Shown here: positions 20,408 through 30,817 of the stretch, one piece after another | How the letters are laid out: each line of letters starts with the position of its first letter | Position numbering within the stretch: position 1 is the first letter of the stretch | Source of the DNA: an uncultured Actinomycetota bacterium | GTDB taxonomy: Bacteria; Actinomycetota; Actinomycetes; JAHEKZ01 | Reading direction: 5' to 3' | NCBI GenBank assembly: GCA_963726755.1 | Contig: CAVSDB010000001.1 | Span: forward strand, 1,407,384-1,471,383 | DNA: 64,000 nucleotides | The notes under the pieces: generated by a model | Told to the model about the DNA's origin: nothing | Databases searched by the model: none | The model's input: only the letters and a program-made list of their open reading frames with translations | Made by a program: the position numbers and the translations under genes

Positions 20408-21743
20408 TGTCGTAGTAGTCGGAGCTGGTTTCTCCGGGTTGGCAGCCGCGCGCACGTTGGCCAACGCAGGGTGTGAGGTTCTCGTCCTTGAAGCGGCCGA
20501 CCGTGTGGGGGGTCGAACCGATACCCGGCACGATGGAACGCGATGGATAGAACTTGGCGGTCAGTGGACCGGCCCTGGCCAGGATCGGGTACTTGAACTT
20601 GCCAAGCACTACTCAGTGGAGACGTTCGAAACTCCGAACGAGGGAATTGACCTCGCTGCGATCGGTGGTGTCGTCATGCCATCCGACGATGACCCCGGAA
20701 TGGACGCGTTGGAGCAGGCCATCGGCCAGTTGGACGCCATGGCAGCAACCGTGCCCGCAGCTGAGCCCTGGTTAGCAGTTGATGCCGCTGAATGGGATGC
20801 GACTTCAGTGGCGACGTGGCTAGACACCGAAATCAAAGATGAACATGCCCGCCGAAGATTGCGGCAGGACCTTGGCGGCCTGATGACCGTCTCAACAGAT
20901 CGGATGTCGCTGCTATCTCTGCTTCACGCCGCATGTACGAGTGGAACGTTGGCCGCCGCGATGGGGGTCGAGGGAGGAGCGCAGGAGCTTCGCTTGCTTG
21001 GTGGGATGCATCAACTTGCCCAACGGATGTCCGACGAACTTGGATCAGCAGTCCGACTCGATCACGAAGTTGTGCGCATCGACTCGACTTCAGCAGACGG
21101 ATCGGCCACCGTTCACACCGCAGAGCGGGCGTTCGACGCGAAACGGGTCGTAGTTGCCGCTCCCCCGTCGATCGTGGGTCGCATTCAGTTCAACCCCCGT
21201 CTTCCCGACTCCCACTCCGCCCTCCCCGCGGCAATGCCGATGGGATCTGTCATCAAAATTCAAGCGGTCTTCCAGCGGCCATTCTGGCGGGATGCTGGGT
21301 TCTCGGGCTTGGTGATAGACGACACCGGACCGTTCGGATTCACGATCGACAACAGTCCGCCTGACTCCGATGAAGGCGTCCTTGCGACCTTCCTGTCTGC
21401 TGACGTCGCCGTCGCGTTGGGGGACGCTCGGCTTGGCCACAACGCTTCCGACAAGCGGCAGTCAATGTTCGTCGACCACATCCGAACCGCCTTCGGGGCG
21501 GACATCCCGGATCCCGTGGACTACGTCGACCGAGACTGGGTGGCGCAACCATGGATCAAGGGCGGGTACTCAGGGATGATGACCCAGGGCCATTGGCTGA
21601 CACTCGGTCCGTCGCTTCGAGAGCCCGTTGGTCCGCTGCACTGGGCATCGTCCGAACGCGCGACGATGTGGACCGGCTATGTCGAGGGCGCTCTTGAATC
21701 CGGAGAACGAGCCGCAAAAGAAGTGCTGGCGACCCTGACTTAG
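20400..21743 (+). CDS. Flavin monoamine oxidase family protein
   Basis: Motifs VVVGAGFSGLAAA, LEAADRVGGR, ELGGQW, GYVEGALESGERAA. Confidence 0.9.
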   Translation: MTDVVVVGAGFSGLAAARTLANAGCEVLVLEAADRVGGRTDTRHDGTRWIELGGQWTGPGQDRVLELAKHYSVETFETPNEGIDLAAIGGVVMPSDDDPGMDALEQAIGQLDAMAATVPAAEPWLAVDAAEWDATSVATWLDTEIKDEHARRRLRQDLGGLMTVSTDRMSLLSLLHAACTSGTLAAAMGVEGGAQELRLLGGMHQLAQRMSDELGSAVRLDHEVVRIDSTSADGSATVHTAERAFDAKRVVVAAPPSIVGRIQFNPRLPDSHSALPAAMPMGSVIKIQAVFQRPFWRDAGFSGLVIDDTGPFGFTIDNSPPDSDEGVLATFLSADVAVALGDARLGHNASDKRQSMFVDHIRTAFGADIPDPVDYVDRDWVAQPWIKGGYSGMMTQGHWLTLGPSLREPVGPLHWASSERATMWTGYVEGALESGERAAKEVLATLT

Positions 21744-21800
21744 TGGAAGTCATCGCTAGGATCGCCTCAACGCCCTGGTTGCAATCGAGGAGGCTCGTAG

Positions 21801-23075
21801 ATGTCTGACTCAACGTCGACAGACACCGTGGTGCTGGCCCAACCAGGTCAAGACGACCGGTGGCGCTCGGTTGTCGCGATCATCTGTCTGGTTTTGGCTG
21901 TATTGCTTACCACCCCTGCCGCGCTGGCGTACTGGGGTCAGCGGACGCTCAACGATGGTCAACGCTACGTAGACACCGTCGGCCCGCTTGTCGACTCCCC
22001 CGAAGTGCAGCAGGCGATCACCACGACGGTCGTAGATGCAATTCAGTCGCAGGTCGACGTCGAGGCGCTCATCAACCAGGCCTTCGCGGGTGTCATCACC
22101 GACCGACCCCGACTACAACTCCTGGTTGGTCCCATCTCGGGGGCGGTTAACGGACTGATCGAGCGCGAAGTCGGAGACTTCGTTGCTTCCGACACGTTTA
22201 GAAACCTCTGGCTGCAAGCCAACGCCACGGCACAGGAAGCCTTGATTGCTCTGTTGAAGGGGGACAACACCGGAGCGGTGTCACTTCAAGGCGACCAGGT
22301 GGTGCTCGATCTGTCGACTGTCATCGATCAGGTCAAACAACGGCTGGTCGACCGCGGTCTGACCATGGTTGAAAACGTCCCGATCCCGACCATCGACAAG
22401 CAAGTCGTGCTTCTCACTGCACCAGAGCTCAAGCAGTTGCGCACCATCTACGCGTTCACCAACCCGATTGCACGGTGGGCGATCTGGGTCGTCGTGCTGC
22501 TCTACCTGGGCGCGTTCCTCTTCTCACGTCGCCGTCCCCGAATGAGCATGACGATAGGACTGCTGTTGGCTGCCAACGCGCTGCTGCTGGCCTTCGCATT
22601 GTCGGTTGGGCGGCAACTCTTCATCAACGACCTTGCTGGAACGGTGTTCGGCCCAGCCAGTTCGGTGTTCTACGACACGCTGTTGAAGTACCTGGTCCGC
22701 GGTTGGCACGTGTTCGTCTGGCTCGGAGTTATTTTCATCGCCAGCGGCTGGTTCGCCGGACGTACTTCGTCCGGAGTGGCAGTCCGCCGCGCTACCTGCG
22801 GTGTGTTGGAAAGCGCCGGAGCAGCGATGTCGACCAGATCGGCAGCGTCGGCCGCTGGGTGGTCGGCAACGCCTTCTGGCTCCGGATCGTCGTCAGTCGT
22901 ACTCGGCGCATTCGTCCTGGTCTGGGGAAACCAGATCTCACCGTCGCGGTTGTTGTGGTCAATGATTTTGATTGTCGGGTTGCTCGTGGGTATTCAGGTT
23001 CTCGTCGGAGCCGGGAATGCGGAGGGAACCGAATCTGACAGCAACGAACCCGCTGACCCGGTGCTGTCGTCTTAG
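21801..23075 (+). CDS. Integral membrane protein (compensating frameshifts near 22830-22890)
   Basis: N-terminal TM, YVDTVGPLVDSPEVQ motif and several C-terminal TMs; an alternative frame reads GSVGRWVVGNAFWLRIVV. Confidence 0.75.
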   Translation: MSDSTSTDTVVLAQPGQDDRWRSVVAIICLVLAVLLTTPAALAYWGQRTLNDGQRYVDTVGPLVDSPEVQQAITTTVVDAIQSQVDVEALINQAFAGVITDRPRLQLLVGPISGAVNGLIEREVGDFVASDTFRNLWLQANATAQEALIALLKGDNTGAVSLQGDQVVLDLSTVIDQVKQRLVDRGLTMVENVPIPTIDKQVVLLTAPELKQLRTIYAFTNPIARWAIWVVVLLYLGAFLFSRRRPRMSMTIGLLLAANALLLAFALSVGRQLFINDLAGTVFGPASSVFYDTLLKYLVRGWHVFVWLGVIFIASGWFAGRTSSGVAVRRATCGVLESAGAAMSTRSAASAAGWSATPSGSGSSSVVLGAFVLVWGNQISPSRLLWSMILIVGLLVGIQVLVGAGNAEGTESDSNEPADPVLSS

Positions 23076-23105
23076 TCAGAACTGCGGCCGTCTAGGCTGC
23101 TCGAC

Positions 23106-23876
23106 ATGTCCAACGACAAGTTCACCCTCATAGTTGGTGTCGAGATCGCCAACGGTCAGGTCGAAGTCCTCAAGCACGGCGAGGCTGACGATTCACACTC
23201 GTTTGGCGACCCGGTAGCGGCCGCTAACCGCTGGATCAACGAGGGTGCTCCTTGGATCCACATCGCGGACCTCGATGCAGCAGCAGGTACCGGAAGCAAC
23301 GCTGACCAGGTCGCTGCGACAGTCGCCGCATGCAAAGGTCGGGTCCACGTGCAACTTGCCGGCGGCATCCGTGACGACGAATCCCTACAGGCTGCGTTGG
23401 GTACCGGTGCACGACGCGTCGTGATCGACACCGCAGCACTGGCCAACCTCGACTGGGTCACCAAAGCGGTCGCGAATCACGATGACCGAGTTGCTATCGG
23501 GGTAACGGCGCATGACAAAGGTCTGTATGCGCCAAATTCACCGGCCCATGGACTCGACGTCGGACAGGTCCTCGACCAACTGCGTGGCGCCGGCTGCAAC
23601 AACTACGTTGTGACAGATGTAGACGCAAAGGGACTTCGTCACAGGTCGGAACGTCACGTGTTGAACCTCGTCCTACAACACACTCACTCTCACGTTGTTA
23701 CGTGTGGCGGTATCTCGCGTCTGCAGGATCTCCATGCGCTCACCGAAGTCGTGCCGCGTGGGCTGTCTGCAGTGGTGGTCGACCGTGCTCTCTACACCGA
23801 CGCGTTCACGTTGGCCGAGGCCATCGCCACGCTTGAGGACCGCTACGACCTGTACCACTGGGGTCCGCCGCAGTGA
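23106..23876 (+). CDS. HisA/PriA-like (beta/alpha)8 barrel protein with degenerate active site
   Basis: Motifs WIHIADLDAA, GGIRDDESL, YVVTD, GGISRLQDL and ALY..AFTLAEA are collinear with PriA, but the catalytic and phosphate-site residues are substituted. Confidence 0.82.
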   Translation: MSNDKFTLIVGVEIANGQVEVLKHGEADDSHSFGDPVAAANRWINEGAPWIHIADLDAAAGTGSNADQVAATVAACKGRVHVQLAGGIRDDESLQAALGTGARRVVIDTAALANLDWVTKAVANHDDRVAIGVTAHDKGLYAPNSPAHGLDVGQVLDQLRGAGCNNYVVTDVDAKGLRHRSERHVLNLVLQHTHSHVVTCGGISRLQDLHALTEVVPRGLSAVVVDRALYTDAFTLAEAIATLEDRYDLYHWGPPQ

Positions 23877-23888
23877 CGGGGCAGCGCC

Positions 23889-24440
23889 GTGAACTTGTAT
23901 CAGCAGACTCCAGCCGGTCGACCGATATCGCTGCTGTTCATCGTTGCCGCTGTGATGTCACTAGCGGGGTGTAGCGACAGCGCGAGTCCCAATGCTGGCA
24001 GCTCGTCCGCCGCCACCACTTCCATCGCGCCCACTACATCGTCGGCTTCCCCGAGTTCGACGAAGTCCAACAAAGCATCAAGCAGCCCGAGCGCAACGAT
24101 CGAAAAGTTGACCACGTACACCGAGCGCGATGACGGCTCCAAGGTGCGCACCAAAGTTGGAGACCAGTTCATGGTCGCCCTCGGTGGGAACAGCAAAATC
24201 ACCGACAACTGGAACATGCAGACCGGATATGGGCTCTCAGTGGTGACTACTAGTTGGGACCCCACACAGATTCCGCGTCCGCCGACGGTGCGCGGCGCCG
24301 ACGGGACGGAAACCTGGACTCTACAAACCACCAAACCAGGCACATTCACCCTCGACGCGACGTGCTTTGGCAAAGGGCAATACGGAGGCGTCCTTTCAGA
24401 GTTCCAGATGGTTGTGGTCGCGTCCAAGCCACGCAAGTAG
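23889..24440 (+). CDS. Lipoprotein with chagasin/I42-like Ig domain
   Basis: Lipobox LAGC, Ser/Thr-rich linker, DDGSKVRTKVGDQFMVAL...GADGTETWTLQTTKPG. Confidence 0.6.
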   Translation: MNLYQQTPAGRPISLLFIVAAVMSLAGCSDSASPNAGSSSAATTSIAPTTSSASPSSTKSNKASSSPSATIEKLTTYTERDDGSKVRTKVGDQFMVALGGNSKITDNWNMQTGYGLSVVTTSWDPTQIPRPPTVRGADGTETWTLQTTKPGTFTLDATCFGKGQYGGVLSEFQMVVVASKPRK

Positions 24441-24542
24441 TGCACCAGCGATCTGCCCTTCAACAAATTTCAGCATTCACCGGACGCGGCCCGCTGTCCC
24501 CAGTAACTTGGAGCGGCCTACTCAACAACCCTTGGAGACCCC

Positions 24543-25049
24543 ATGCGTCGCCCACTGACAGTTGTCGCCTTCGCGTGTAGCGCAGTGATTCTCAGCGCAG
24601 GACTGGCAGGAGCGGACTCCCAAACAGTCGCGGGAGACAAGTACGGCGGGACTATCGGCGACATTAAGAAAATAGTGGTCGACAATGGGAAAAACGCCGT
24701 GACCACCAAAGTCTTCGGGTTGGGGAAACCGTGCGGCGGCGCCAAGAGCCTCACTGTGAGCGTGCAGAGCACGGGGGGTAAGACCCTCTACCGGGGCGAG
24801 GCGGGCTGCTACTCAGGCGGCACTGGCCTCGAGTGGATCATCGGTTTGTACGACAAGGCCGGTGACCCGGTCAAATGCCGCAACTTCGACATCGGCCGCA
24901 CCGCGAAGACGGGCGCATACACGGTTGTGATGCCACGCAGTTGTCTCGACAATGCGCCCGACAAGATCAAGGTCGAGGTCGACGGCGTGAACTGGAATTC
25001 GGTCACGGGTGGGCACGCGGGGCCGACCAAGGCGCTCGGGCGCGGATAG
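24543..25049 (+). CDS. Secreted hypothetical protein
   Basis: Signal peptide ending AGA-D; four Cys in the mature part; GGAG RBS. Confidence 0.7.
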   Translation: MRRPLTVVAFACSAVILSAGLAGADSQTVAGDKYGGTIGDIKKIVVDNGKNAVTTKVFGLGKPCGGAKSLTVSVQSTGGKTLYRGEAGCYSGGTGLEWIIGLYDKAGDPVKCRNFDIGRTAKTGAYTVVMPRSCLDNAPDKIKVEVDGVNWNSVTGGHAGPTKALGRG

Positions 25050-25083
25050 CGGCGTCGTCGCGGGAGCGCGTCAGGGACGATCC

Positions 25084-28000
25084 CTAGATGGCCTCTAGGA
25101 GTTCCACAACTCGTGCAACGCCTGCACGATTGTCCTGACTCGTGTGAATCGCCAACGCCGATTGCCAGAGTTCGCGCGCCTCGTCTCGCCGACCACTACG
25201 CCTGACAATCGCGGCCAACTGCTCCAAAGTCGTTGCACGCAAAATCCAACTCTCGGTGGACGCAGCCAGCTCAGCGCCTTCTCTCGCCACGCTCTCCGCC
25301 TCGCGCAACCTACCTCGCAGTTTCAGACCAAGCGCCTCGGCCATTCGGTCAAGGATGCGGGATTCCGCGTCAAGGACGACGGGTCGTTCGATTTCCTCCC
25401 ACCTCTCAATCACGGCTAGCGCTTCGTCGTGCCGACCTTGCATATCTAAGGCCTGGGGAAGAATCAGTTGGCTTGACTGTCCCCAGATGTCACCGAGTTT
25501 CTGCATCGTCGCGACAGCGGATCTGATGGATCGCTCGGCGCCAACGGCGTCACCGAGTTCGAGCTGGGCATTCGCCATTGCCATCTTCTGCATGGCAAGT
25601 GGCCACTCCAGTCCATACCTCTCCGCGTGGTCATTCCACTCGGCATGGCCCCGAGCGAACTCATCCGGATTCCCAGAAAATGCCTGCGCCGTTGCATTAG
25701 ATGCCAGTCGGGCCAACTGCCAGATAGGTCCGGACTCGGCGGCACAGGACTCGATCGCGCTCTGAACTCTGGCTGGAGCCAGATGCCCGCCACACAGATA
25801 CAGACCCATATCCCCACCGGCCTGCCACATCTCTCGAGCTCTGTTTGCCGACTCTGCTACCCGAACGGCATTCATGGTGCAGTCGAGGGCAGCAGAGAAT
25901 CTCCCCAACACATAGTTGAGGTACTCCATCACCACCCAACCTTCGGCCAGTGCTCTTTCATCATTCACACCCTGCAGCCAGGTCACGATCTCTTCGGCTT
26001 GATTGATGAGCTCGACAACCGCTTTGTCCTGCGTGCGCTGATACACGCCCTTCGCGGCTATCAGTTGTAACTCGATGCGAGCTCGTTGGACTTCGCTTCC
26101 GGTTCCCAGACTTGCTGCTGCCTCGTGAAGCAATCGTTCAGCATCTGTTACGCGACCGACCTCCATGAGCGAGACAGCTAACTCGGGGAGAAAGTCCGAA
26201 CGTGCGGGGTCGGTGTTCTGCAGCAGGAGTGCAGCGCGACCCAGGAGGTCTGCTGCTGCGGTCAGGTCTAAAGCGTCGAATGCCCGCGCACCGGCCGACG
26301 CGTACCTTTCACCGGCTCGACGCTCGATCTCCATCGTTTCTTCGCCAGCGTCACCCAACTCACGGCGAAGCCGCGCGGCACGTTCAAGGTGAGCCGCGAC
26401 GACCTCATCGGCGGGCTTTCCGATGCTCATCAGGTGATCGGCCAAACTGAGATGGAAGGCTGCCCTGTCTGCTTTTGGCGTTCGTCGCGACGCAGCGTCC
26501 TGAATGAGTGCATGAGCGAACTGCCACCGTTCGCCCTTAACCAATTTGACCAGAGTGCGCTGTTCGAGGTGTTCGAGGACATCGACCACCTCGGTCTGGT
26601 TCAGTGTTGGGTCCAATGCAAGGAGCGTCCCGACGTGAAATTGGCGACCTTCGACTGCCGCAAAATCCAAAACGCGTGATTCGAGGGTGGTGAGGTGATC
26701 GAGTCTGGACGCCACCAACGCTCGTAGCGTCGGCGGGATATCGGAGGAACCGTCCGTGTCCCTGTGCTCTGAGATCCTTGCCGCCAACTGCTCCAGGTAG
26801 AGCGGATTGCCTTCGGAAGCCGAAGTGAGTCGACGTCGCAAATTCGAGTCTGCCGTTACTAATAGATGCGTCGCCAACTCCTCCGCATCGCGCTCGTCGA
26901 GTGGACCCAACGTGATGGAAACGGCCCTCGGCTTCCCACCACCCCACGATGGTCTTTGCTCCAGGAGTTCAGGGCGAGCGGTGCACACGATCAGTACTGA
27001 GCCGCGCACCGAGGCCACCACGCGGTCTAGCAGATCGAGCAGTGGATCACCCCCGAAGTGCACGTCTTCAACGATGACCACTACGGGACTGACGTCGGTG
27101 AGCGATTCAAGGAAACGACGTAGCGCCCAGGCCACGTCACCGGCAACCAACGACTGGTCAGCACCGAGTAGTGATGCGAGTCGGTCTACCACGACCGCCG
27201 AATCAGGTTGACCCCTGAGAATTTCGCGCAGTTCAGTCACTACGTCGTCAGCATCTTCGACTGCTGTCGCTGCCTGAAGGAGATCCACTACCGGCGCATA
27301 GGCAATGTCTTCGCCGTAGCTCGGGGTTGTTCCCACCAACACCCTCGCGTCGGCATCAAGTTCGGAACTGAGTTGCTCGACAACCCGTGACTTTCCGATG
27401 CCGGGCACACCGAGAATTGTCACCAGCACCGGTGCCTGTTCGGCTACGCACTCGTCAAAGGCACCGCGCAGAGCTTTGAGTTGACGTTCCCGCCCCACAA
27501 AGGGCTGCGAGTGGTGTTTGCGAGTTTGATCTGTCACCCCGGTCAAGACGAAAGCTCGTTCAGGACTGGCTTTCCCTTTCAGCGTGATCGGAGGTACCGG
27601 CTGCATCAACGCACACTCTGCGAGTAACTCCGCAGCCGCGGCGCCGACGAGTATCGCGCCTGGTTCAGCGGCTGACTGAAGTCGGGCCGCAGTGTTGAAC
27701 GTGTCTCCCCCAATGGTTCCCACATGCGAATTGGCCGGATCGAGAACCACATCTCCGGTCTGGATCCCGACTCGAACCTGAAGGGCAACGTCGAGTCGTG
27801 CCAAGGCGGCGTTAACGTCCGGCATTGCTCGCTGCAACTCCACGGCAGATCGAGCGGCGCGCAACGCGTCGTCCTCATGCGCGGTGGGAACGCCAAAGAC
27901 CGCAACGACCGCGTCGCCGAGGTATTTCTCGACTTGACCACCATGACGAGCGACAACTTCGCGAACAGCGTCGAAGAACTGCTCTAGGACGACTCGCAAA

Positions 28001-28173
28001 CTCTCCGGATCGAGCCGCTCCCCCAGCACGGTGGAGTCGACGAGGTCACAAAACATGACCGTGACAACTCTGCGTTCGCGAAGTGCGACTTCAACATCTA
28101 GCGGTAGTCCGCACTGCGAGCAGAAGCGTGCCTGATCGGCGTTCTCATCTCCGCACGACGGGCACGGTCGCAT
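25084..28173 (-). CDS. Double zinc ribbon + class III adenylate/guanylate cyclase + STAND ATPase + TPR protein
   Basis: CPSCG...FCSQCG; cyclase motifs MFCDLVDST, EKYLGDA, GDTFNTAARLQ; Walker A GVPGIGKS; VIVEDVH; GNPLYLEQ; FAHALIQDAA. Confidence 0.9.
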   Translation of the reverse strand: MRPCPSCGDENADQARFCSQCGLPLDVEVALRERRVVTVMFCDLVDSTVLGERLDPESLRVVLEQFFDAVREVVARHGGQVEKYLGDAVVAVFGVPTAHEDDALRAARSAVELQRAMPDVNAALARLDVALQVRVGIQTGDVVLDPANSHVGTIGGDTFNTAARLQSAAEPGAILVGAAAAELLAECALMQPVPPITLKGKASPERAFVLTGVTDQTRKHHSQPFVGRERQLKALRGAFDECVAEQAPVLVTILGVPGIGKSRVVEQLSSELDADARVLVGTTPSYGEDIAYAPVVDLLQAATAVEDADDVVTELREILRGQPDSAVVVDRLASLLGADQSLVAGDVAWALRRFLESLTDVSPVVVIVEDVHFGGDPLLDLLDRVVASVRGSVLIVCTARPELLEQRPSWGGGKPRAVSITLGPLDERDAEELATHLLVTADSNLRRRLTSASEGNPLYLEQLAARISEHRDTDGSSDIPPTLRALVASRLDHLTTLESRVLDFAAVEGRQFHVGTLLALDPTLNQTEVVDVLEHLEQRTLVKLVKGERWQFAHALIQDAASRRTPKADRAAFHLSLADHLMSIGKPADEVVAAHLERAARLRRELGDAGEETMEIERRAGERYASAGARAFDALDLTAAADLLGRAALLLQNTDPARSDFLPELAVSLMEVGRVTDAERLLHEAAASLGTGSEVQRARIELQLIAAKGVYQRTQDKAVVELINQAEEIVTWLQGVNDERALAEGWVVMEYLNYVLGRFSAALDCTMNAVRVAESANRAREMWQAGGDMGLYLCGGHLAPARVQSAIESCAAESGPIWQLARLASNATAQAFSGNPDEFARGHAEWNDHAERYGLEWPLAMQKMAMANAQLELGDAVGAERSIRSAVATMQKLGDIWGQSSQLILPQALDMQGRHDEALAVIERWEEIERPVVLDAESRILDRMAEALGLKLRGRLREAESVAREGAELAASTESWILRATTLEQLAAIVRRSGRRDEARELWQSALAIHTSQDNRAGVARVVELLEAI

Positions 28174-28186
28174 GTGCCGATCCTAG
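28154..28186 (+). repeat. 33-bp direct repeat, left copy (covers the cyclase -10 box, start codon and first codons)
   Basis: CACGACGGGCACGGTCGCATGTGCCGATCCTAG, 31/33 identical to 37867-37899. Confidence 0.9.
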
Positions 28187-28194
28187 TGACCAGG

Positions 28195-29666
28195 TCACGT
28201 CCCCATCATCAAGCGAGCGCGACATGCGAGTTGCAAGGCAAACCGCTGGTCTGGGTCCTTCAGGTCGACGTCCAGCACCTTGCTTGATCTGCGCCATGCG
28301 GTAGACGACAGCATTTCGATGCAGGTGAAGTCGAGCGGCCGCCCGCTGCAGTGATCCTCGTTCGTCGAGGTAGGTGTGAAGAGTCTCTACGTAGGTGGCG
28401 GACTTGTCAGGACCGAGCGCGTCGAGTGGAGCCAGCAGATCCCCCACCGTGTTCGGGCGGTGTCGGTTACCAGCCACTCGGCGAGCATGCGCTGCAGACC
28501 GAGGGAGTCGAAGGTGCCGATGCTGACCGGATCGGGACTGAGTCGCGCGGAGGCTAAAGCGGTGCGGGCTTCTTCCGCGGAGACACGCAGCCCAGTCGCT
28601 CCATGTCGAGCGGTTCCAAGCCCAACCCGGATCTGCACACCGGGGTGAGTCGGGACTGGAGGCGCTCGAGGACGTCGTGCCATGGCCGTTTGTAAGGCTT
28701 GCACGGCTACCCGTCGAGGATCTGACCTCGTTGAATGAACGATGACGATGCTGTCGTCCGGTCGCGTCACGGTCCACACTCCCCGTCCCTCGCGCTGCCA
28801 CTCGGCGACGAGCGAAAGGACCTCGTTCTCGGTGTCATCCAGTCGAGGATTGGACCGCCTCGGACGTCAGTCACCGCGCCCACCGCCAGGCGCGCGACGC
28901 AGTGCCAGTCATGCACCGGCAAGTCCGAGTTCCACGCCCGCGCGGAGACAGCTGGGACTTTCGATTGCGACGCCAGCAGACAGTTGGGCAAGCGCGACTG
29001 ATGCGGTACGAAGCGGCAGCAACTCCTCGCGTGCCTGCCGAGTCAATGCCAGCGAAAGCTCGGCGGCCGTCAATCGGGCAGCAACGACCGCGACGTCACT
29101 GACGTCGTCGGTGTAGACCGCGCCGCGTTCGCGTCCGTCAACATCGACCGCAAACTCTCCGGTCTCGCTCGGGTCGTAACGAAGATCGACTGCCATGCGA
29201 TCGGCCATTTGCGCGACGATCGCCGTTTGCGTCACCGATGGGACGACTGCCGAGCCGCCGCGGCCAGTCGGGCCAGCGACTCGCGCGCGCCGCCAGCAAC
29301 CGCTGCGCCAAGTGAGTCCAGGAGCACCGCCGGATCGACGTCGTCGGCAACATCGAGCAGCGCCACTCGACCTCGCCGTGCCAACGTCTCAGCAGTGACC
29401 GAGCGGCGCGTGGACCGGCGAAGGACCAGTCCAGCCACCTCGCTCTCCGCGGCACGTCGCACCATCACGTCCAACTGGTAGCCGCCTGCACGCTCAGCGG
29501 ACGACCGGGTGAAGACCGCGAGCGCCCCCGGCAGCAGGGCCTCCGTCGTCTCTAGATCTTCGACGAGGGTGACCCGAGTGATGGGGTACGAGTCGTCCGG
29601 CAGCACTCGAACGGCGACGTACTCGGCAGCGACCCCGGAGAGGAGCGCGTCAAACGAGGTCGCCAT
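28195..29666 (-). CDS. PucR/CdaR-family transcriptional regulator (several frameshifts)
   Basis: N-terminal PucR-like sensor (GALAVFT...VAGLVL), GGDEF-like middle (IRVGLG...SAEEARTAL) and C-terminal HTH (TLHTYLDERGSLQRAAARLHLHRNAVVYRM), spread over multiple frames. Confidence 0.8.
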
Positions 29667-29746
29667 CGTCCTGTACCTCCAATACAAAGACGACTCATAA
29701 GTCTATATCGCGAGCACAAGCCATCGAGTCGCTTTCAGATCCTAGG

Positions 29747-30817
29747 GTGACGCCCGTGGTCATTGAACTTCAGGACATTCCAGCCCTCGCCAGAGGCTGC
29801 GCCGTTCTCGGTACCGGTGGTGGCGGCGAGACCTACACCGGGGCACTGATCGCCCACCAAGCTCTGTCAGAGCACGGGCCGGTTCCCCTGGTTGGGCTCG
29901 ACGATCTACCTGGCGACGGGATCTTGATGCCCGTCGGCGGGATCGGCGCCCCCTCGGTGAGCATCGAGAAGCTCGGCTCTGGATTCGAAATCGAAGTGCT
30001 GCGCGAAGCCGTCGAGCGCGACACCGGCGGCAGGTCGTCGCGGTGATGTCGAGCGAGATCGGTGGCTCGAACGGTTTGATCCCGCTGGCGTGGGCCGCCT
30101 CAAGTGGGCTTCCGCTGGTCGACGGAGACGAGATCGGTCGGGCGTTCCCCGAGGTCCACATGGGATCGATGAACGTTGCTGGCCTATCCCCCGACCTGAT
30201 CGTGCTCGCCGACGAGCGACGCAACGTTGTGACGCTGCGTGCGTCCGATGGCGAGTGGGCCGAGGCATTGGCTCGGTCAGTGTCGGTGGTGTTCGGCGGG
30301 GCGGCGGCCATGGCCGACTACGTGGCGACCGTGGATCACGTGCGTGGCGCAATCATCGAAGGCTCGGTCTCGCTGGCCTTGCGGATCGGCCGCAGCGTCG
30401 AGAACGCTGCCGATCCGGTTGCCGCCTTGGTCGAAGCGGTGGATGCAGTCAGGCTTATCGAGGGCAAAGTGATTGACGTCGAACGACGCACCGCCGGGGG
30501 GTTTGTCAGGGGTAGCGTTGTTGTGGAGGGGTATGGCGCAGACGTCGGACGTCTGGTTCGCATCGAGATCCAGAACGAGAACCTCGTCGCGATTGAAGAC
30601 GGTCAGGTGTTGGCGAGCGTTCCGGACCTGATCACCGTCGTCGACAGCCAGACCGCCGATGCGGTGGCCACCGAAGTGGTTCGCTACGGCCAACGCGTGG
30701 TCGTCATCGCGTTCGCCTGCGCACCCGCTGTGGCGGTCCGAACGCGGAATTGAGATCGCCGGACCTCGCGCGTTCGGCTATGACTTCGACTACACACCGT
30801 TGGCAGGTGCGTCGTGA
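29747..30817 (+). CDS. DUF917 family protein (S-methyl-thiohydantoin desulfurase-like), frameshifted
   Basis: Motifs GCAVLGTGGGG, GAPSVSIEK, EIGGSNG, DGDEIGRAFPE, FVRG, QNENL, VPDLI, VRYGQRV; indels near 30027 and 30725. Confidence 0.82.
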
